Shown here: positions 62,091-64,000 of the stretch, piece after piece | How the letters are laid out: each line of letters opens with the position of its first letter | Numbering within the stretch: the stretch's first letter is position 1 | Assembly (NCBI GenBank): GCA_903822495.1 | Contig: CAIJPD010000038.1 | Location: 19,014 to 83,013, forward strand | DNA from: an uncultured Chloroflexota bacterium | Lineage (GTDB): Bacteria; Chloroflexota; Limnocylindria; Limnocylindrales; CSP1-4 | Length of the DNA: 64,000 nucleotides | Direction: 5' to 3' | Program-made: the position numbers and the translations under genes | Notes under the pieces: model-generated | Database searches by the model: none | What the model was told of the DNA's origin: nothing | The model's input: the letters and a program-made list of their open reading frames with translations, nothing else

Positions 62091-62162
62091 GGGAGAACCG
62101 GATTCGGGCGAGGTCCCGGCCACCAACAGGTGGGTCCCTGAGGTCAGCTGGAGTACGCCGAC

Positions 62163-63281
62163 GTGAAACTCTCGGTCATGCAGGAGAACCTGGCCCGCGG
62201 CCTGTCGGTTGTCAGCCGGGCGGTGTCAGCGCGGAGCACCCTCCCGGTCCTGGCCAACGTCCTGCTTCGGACGGAGGATGCCGGACTCAAGCTGACCGCC
62301 ACCAACCTCGAGATCGGCATCACCTACTGGGTCCCGGGCAAGATCGAGACCGATGGTGCCACCACGGTCCCGGCCAAGCTCCTCACGGACCTCGTCAGCT
62401 CTCTCCAGGGCGGCGATCGGATCGACCTGGAGCTGGGCGCGAACGAGACGCTCCATCTCAAGTGCGGCCGATTTGAATCAAACCTGAAGGGCATCGACGC
62501 CGACGAGTTCCCGTCGATCCAGACCACCGGCGAGCGAGCCACCACCCGGATCGCCCAGGGCGTCCTGAAGCGGGCCCTGGCCGAGACCACGTTCGCCGCG
62601 GCCAGCGACGAGGCCCGCCCCATCCTGACCGGCGTCCTCGCCCGCTTCGAGGGCGACGTCCTGACCCTGGCCGCGGCCGACAACTACCGGATCGCCGTCA
62701 AGACGCTCACGGTGCTCGATACCGTGGCAGACGTGAGTGTCGTCATCCCGGCCCGGGCGCTCAGCGAGCTCACGCGCATCCTCAACGACACGGACGACCC
62801 AATCGAGGTCCTGCTCGCCCAGGCCCGCAACCAGGTCCTCTTCCGGCTGGATGGGATCGACCTGGTGAGCCGGCTGATCGACGGCCAGTTCCCCAACTAC
62901 CAGCAGGTCATGCCACAGAGTCACGCGACGCGGGCCGTCCTGGATCGTGAGGAACTGCTGCGCGCCGTGCGCCCGGCGGCGCTCATCGCCCACGAGTCGG
63001 CCAACATCGTGAAGCTCCAGGTCGGCGTCGGCGACGAGGCCGGGATCATCGTCAGCGCCAATGCCGAGGTCGGCGACCACGTCGGTCACGTCGAGGCAGC
63101 GGTCGAGGGGGACGGCACCACCATCGCCTTCAACGCCCGCTACCTGGCGGATGTGCTGGCCAACATCAGCGCCGACCAGGTCGCCCTCGAGCTGAACGGC
63201 CCGCTCTCGCCCGGCGTCTTCAAGCCAATCGGCGACGACCGCTACGTCCACGTCGTCATGCCGGTGAGGACCACCTCGTAG
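62163..63281 (+). CDS. dnaN: DNA polymerase III subunit beta
   Basis: 372 aa, MKLSVMQENLARGLSVVSRAV.., three-domain clamp length, located after dnaA. Confidence 0.96.
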   Translation: MKLSVMQENLARGLSVVSRAVSARSTLPVLANVLLRTEDAGLKLTATNLEIGITYWVPGKIETDGATTVPAKLLTDLVSSLQGGDRIDLELGANETLHLKCGRFESNLKGIDADEFPSIQTTGERATTRIAQGVLKRALAETTFAAASDEARPILTGVLARFEGDVLTLAAADNYRIAVKTLTVLDTVADVSVVIPARALSELTRILNDTDDPIEVLLAQARNQVLFRLDGIDLVSRLIDGQFPNYQQVMPQSHATRAVLDREELLRAVRPAALIAHESANIVKLQVGVGDEAGIIVSANAEVGDHVGHVEAAVEGDGTTIAFNARYLADVLANISADQVALELNGPLSPGVFKPIGDDRYVHVVMPVRTTS

Positions 63282-63331
63282 CGAGGCACCCGGCGCAGGG
63301 CCCGTCGGCCGCCCCTGGCTCCACGATCAGT

Positions 63332-63353
63332 CCCGGGCGGACGTCCGCCCGGG
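63332..63353 (+). terminator. 22-nt perfect palindrome between dnaN and recF
   Basis: CCCGGGCGGAC|GTCCGCCCGGG. Confidence 0.35.
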
Positions 63354-63390
63354 CCCTGACTCCCGGCACGCGATGCCCGAGGCAGCTTCG

Positions 63391-64000
63391 ATGATCCGGT
63401 CGATCCGCCTCCTCGACGTGCGTGGCTACGCGGCCCTCGACGCCGTCTTCGGCGCGGGACCGCAGCTGGTCTGGGGCCCGAACGCGGCGGGCAAGACCTC
63501 GCTCCTGGAGGCCATCGTGCTGTTGGCTTGGGGCCGGAGCCACCGGACCACTACCGACGGCGAGATCATCCGATGGGGAGCCGGGCTGGCGCGCGTCGAG
63601 GGTTCGGTGGGCGCGGGCGTGCCCGATGGGCTCACGACCGGCGGCCGCGAGGAGATCGTCGAGGTCGCGATCGTCGCCGGTCCGGCCGGCGGCGCTGGAC
63701 GGAAGCGGATCCGGGTGAACGGTGTCCCGCGCCGCGCGACCGCGCTGGTCGGCCTGCTCCGGACGGTCGTCTTCGCGCCGGAGGAGATGCTCCTGATCGC
63801 CGGCGCGCCGGGCCTCCGCCGGGCCGCGATCGACCAGCTGGCCGGCCAGCGCTGGCCGGCGTACGGCGCCGCGCTCACCCAGTACGGGCGCGCGCTGACA
63901 CAGCGAAACAGCCTCCTGCGCGCCATTCGCGAGGAGCAGGCCACGCGGGCCGAGCTTCGCTACTGGGACGAGCCGCTCCTGGATGCCGGAGGGGAGGTCG
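63391..64000 (+). CDS. recF: DNA replication and repair protein RecF (3' end runs off the window)
   Basis: Manual translation gives MIRSIRLLDVRGYAALDAVFGAGPQLVWGPNAAGKTSLLEAI.. An alternative in-frame ATG lies at 63373. Absent from the ORF track because it is truncated. Confidence 0.9.
   Translation, partial: MIRSIRLLDVRGYAALDAVFGAGPQLVWGPNAAGKTSLLEAIVLLAWGRSHRTTTDGEIIRWGAGLARVEGSVGAGVPDGLTTGGREEIVEVAIVAGPAGGAGRKRIRVNGVPRRATALVGLLRTVVFAPEEMLLIAGAPGLRRAAIDQLAGQRWPAYGAALTQYGRALTQRNSLLRAIREEQATRAELRYWDEPLLDAGGEV

Noticed and set aside
63422-63718. A 98-aa track ORF after dnaN.
   Set aside because: It is out of frame with the clear RecF reading frame (Walker A GPNAAGKTSLLEA) that begins at 63391.

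Overview
This is an origin-proximal chromosomal segment from a very GC-rich bacterium; third codon positions are almost all G/C (GC content was judged by eye, not computed). Nearly everything is core housekeeping. On the minus strand are atpA(partial)-atpH-atpF-atpE-atpB-atpI/Z, wecA-like, glyA, tsaC, a HAD hydrolase, prmC, prfA, DUF1385, rpmE, rpmA, rplU, DUF2344 and rodA-mrdA-mreD. A 520-bp non-coding gap carrying two parS sites follows. After it comes a long plus-strand block: parA-parB-gyrB-thioesterase-AlkD-like-gyrA-prs, secA, DUF218, a Cys-rich mini-ORF, prfB (with the classic +1 frameshift), GNAT, ftsE-ftsX, an S41 protease, smpB and tmRNA. Next is a more accessory stretch with a UvrA paralog, an FGGY kinase, a DrrAB-like ABC exporter and LysM, deacetylase and VanW envelope proteins. 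The window ends with the canonical jag-yidC-yidD-rnpA-rpmH / dnaA-oriC-dnaN-recF origin core. The prfA...wecA-atp synteny and TTGTCCACA-type DnaA boxes suggest an Actinomycetota-like or related high-GC lineage (inference). I found no CRISPR array, transposase, integrase, rRNA or tRNA. I also found no clear multi-gene novel system. The observations most worth follow-up are: (1) an unrecognised 8-cysteine mini-protein translationally fused to frameshift-regulated prfB; (2) a structured element upstream of smpB containing a 13-nt perfect complement to the canonical 16S 3' tail; (3) a parS-bearing strand-switch gap 39 kb from oriC, which implies an origin-proximal inversion; and (4) gyrB and gyrA split by two unrelated genes inside one translationally coupled parAB-gyrBA-prs operon.
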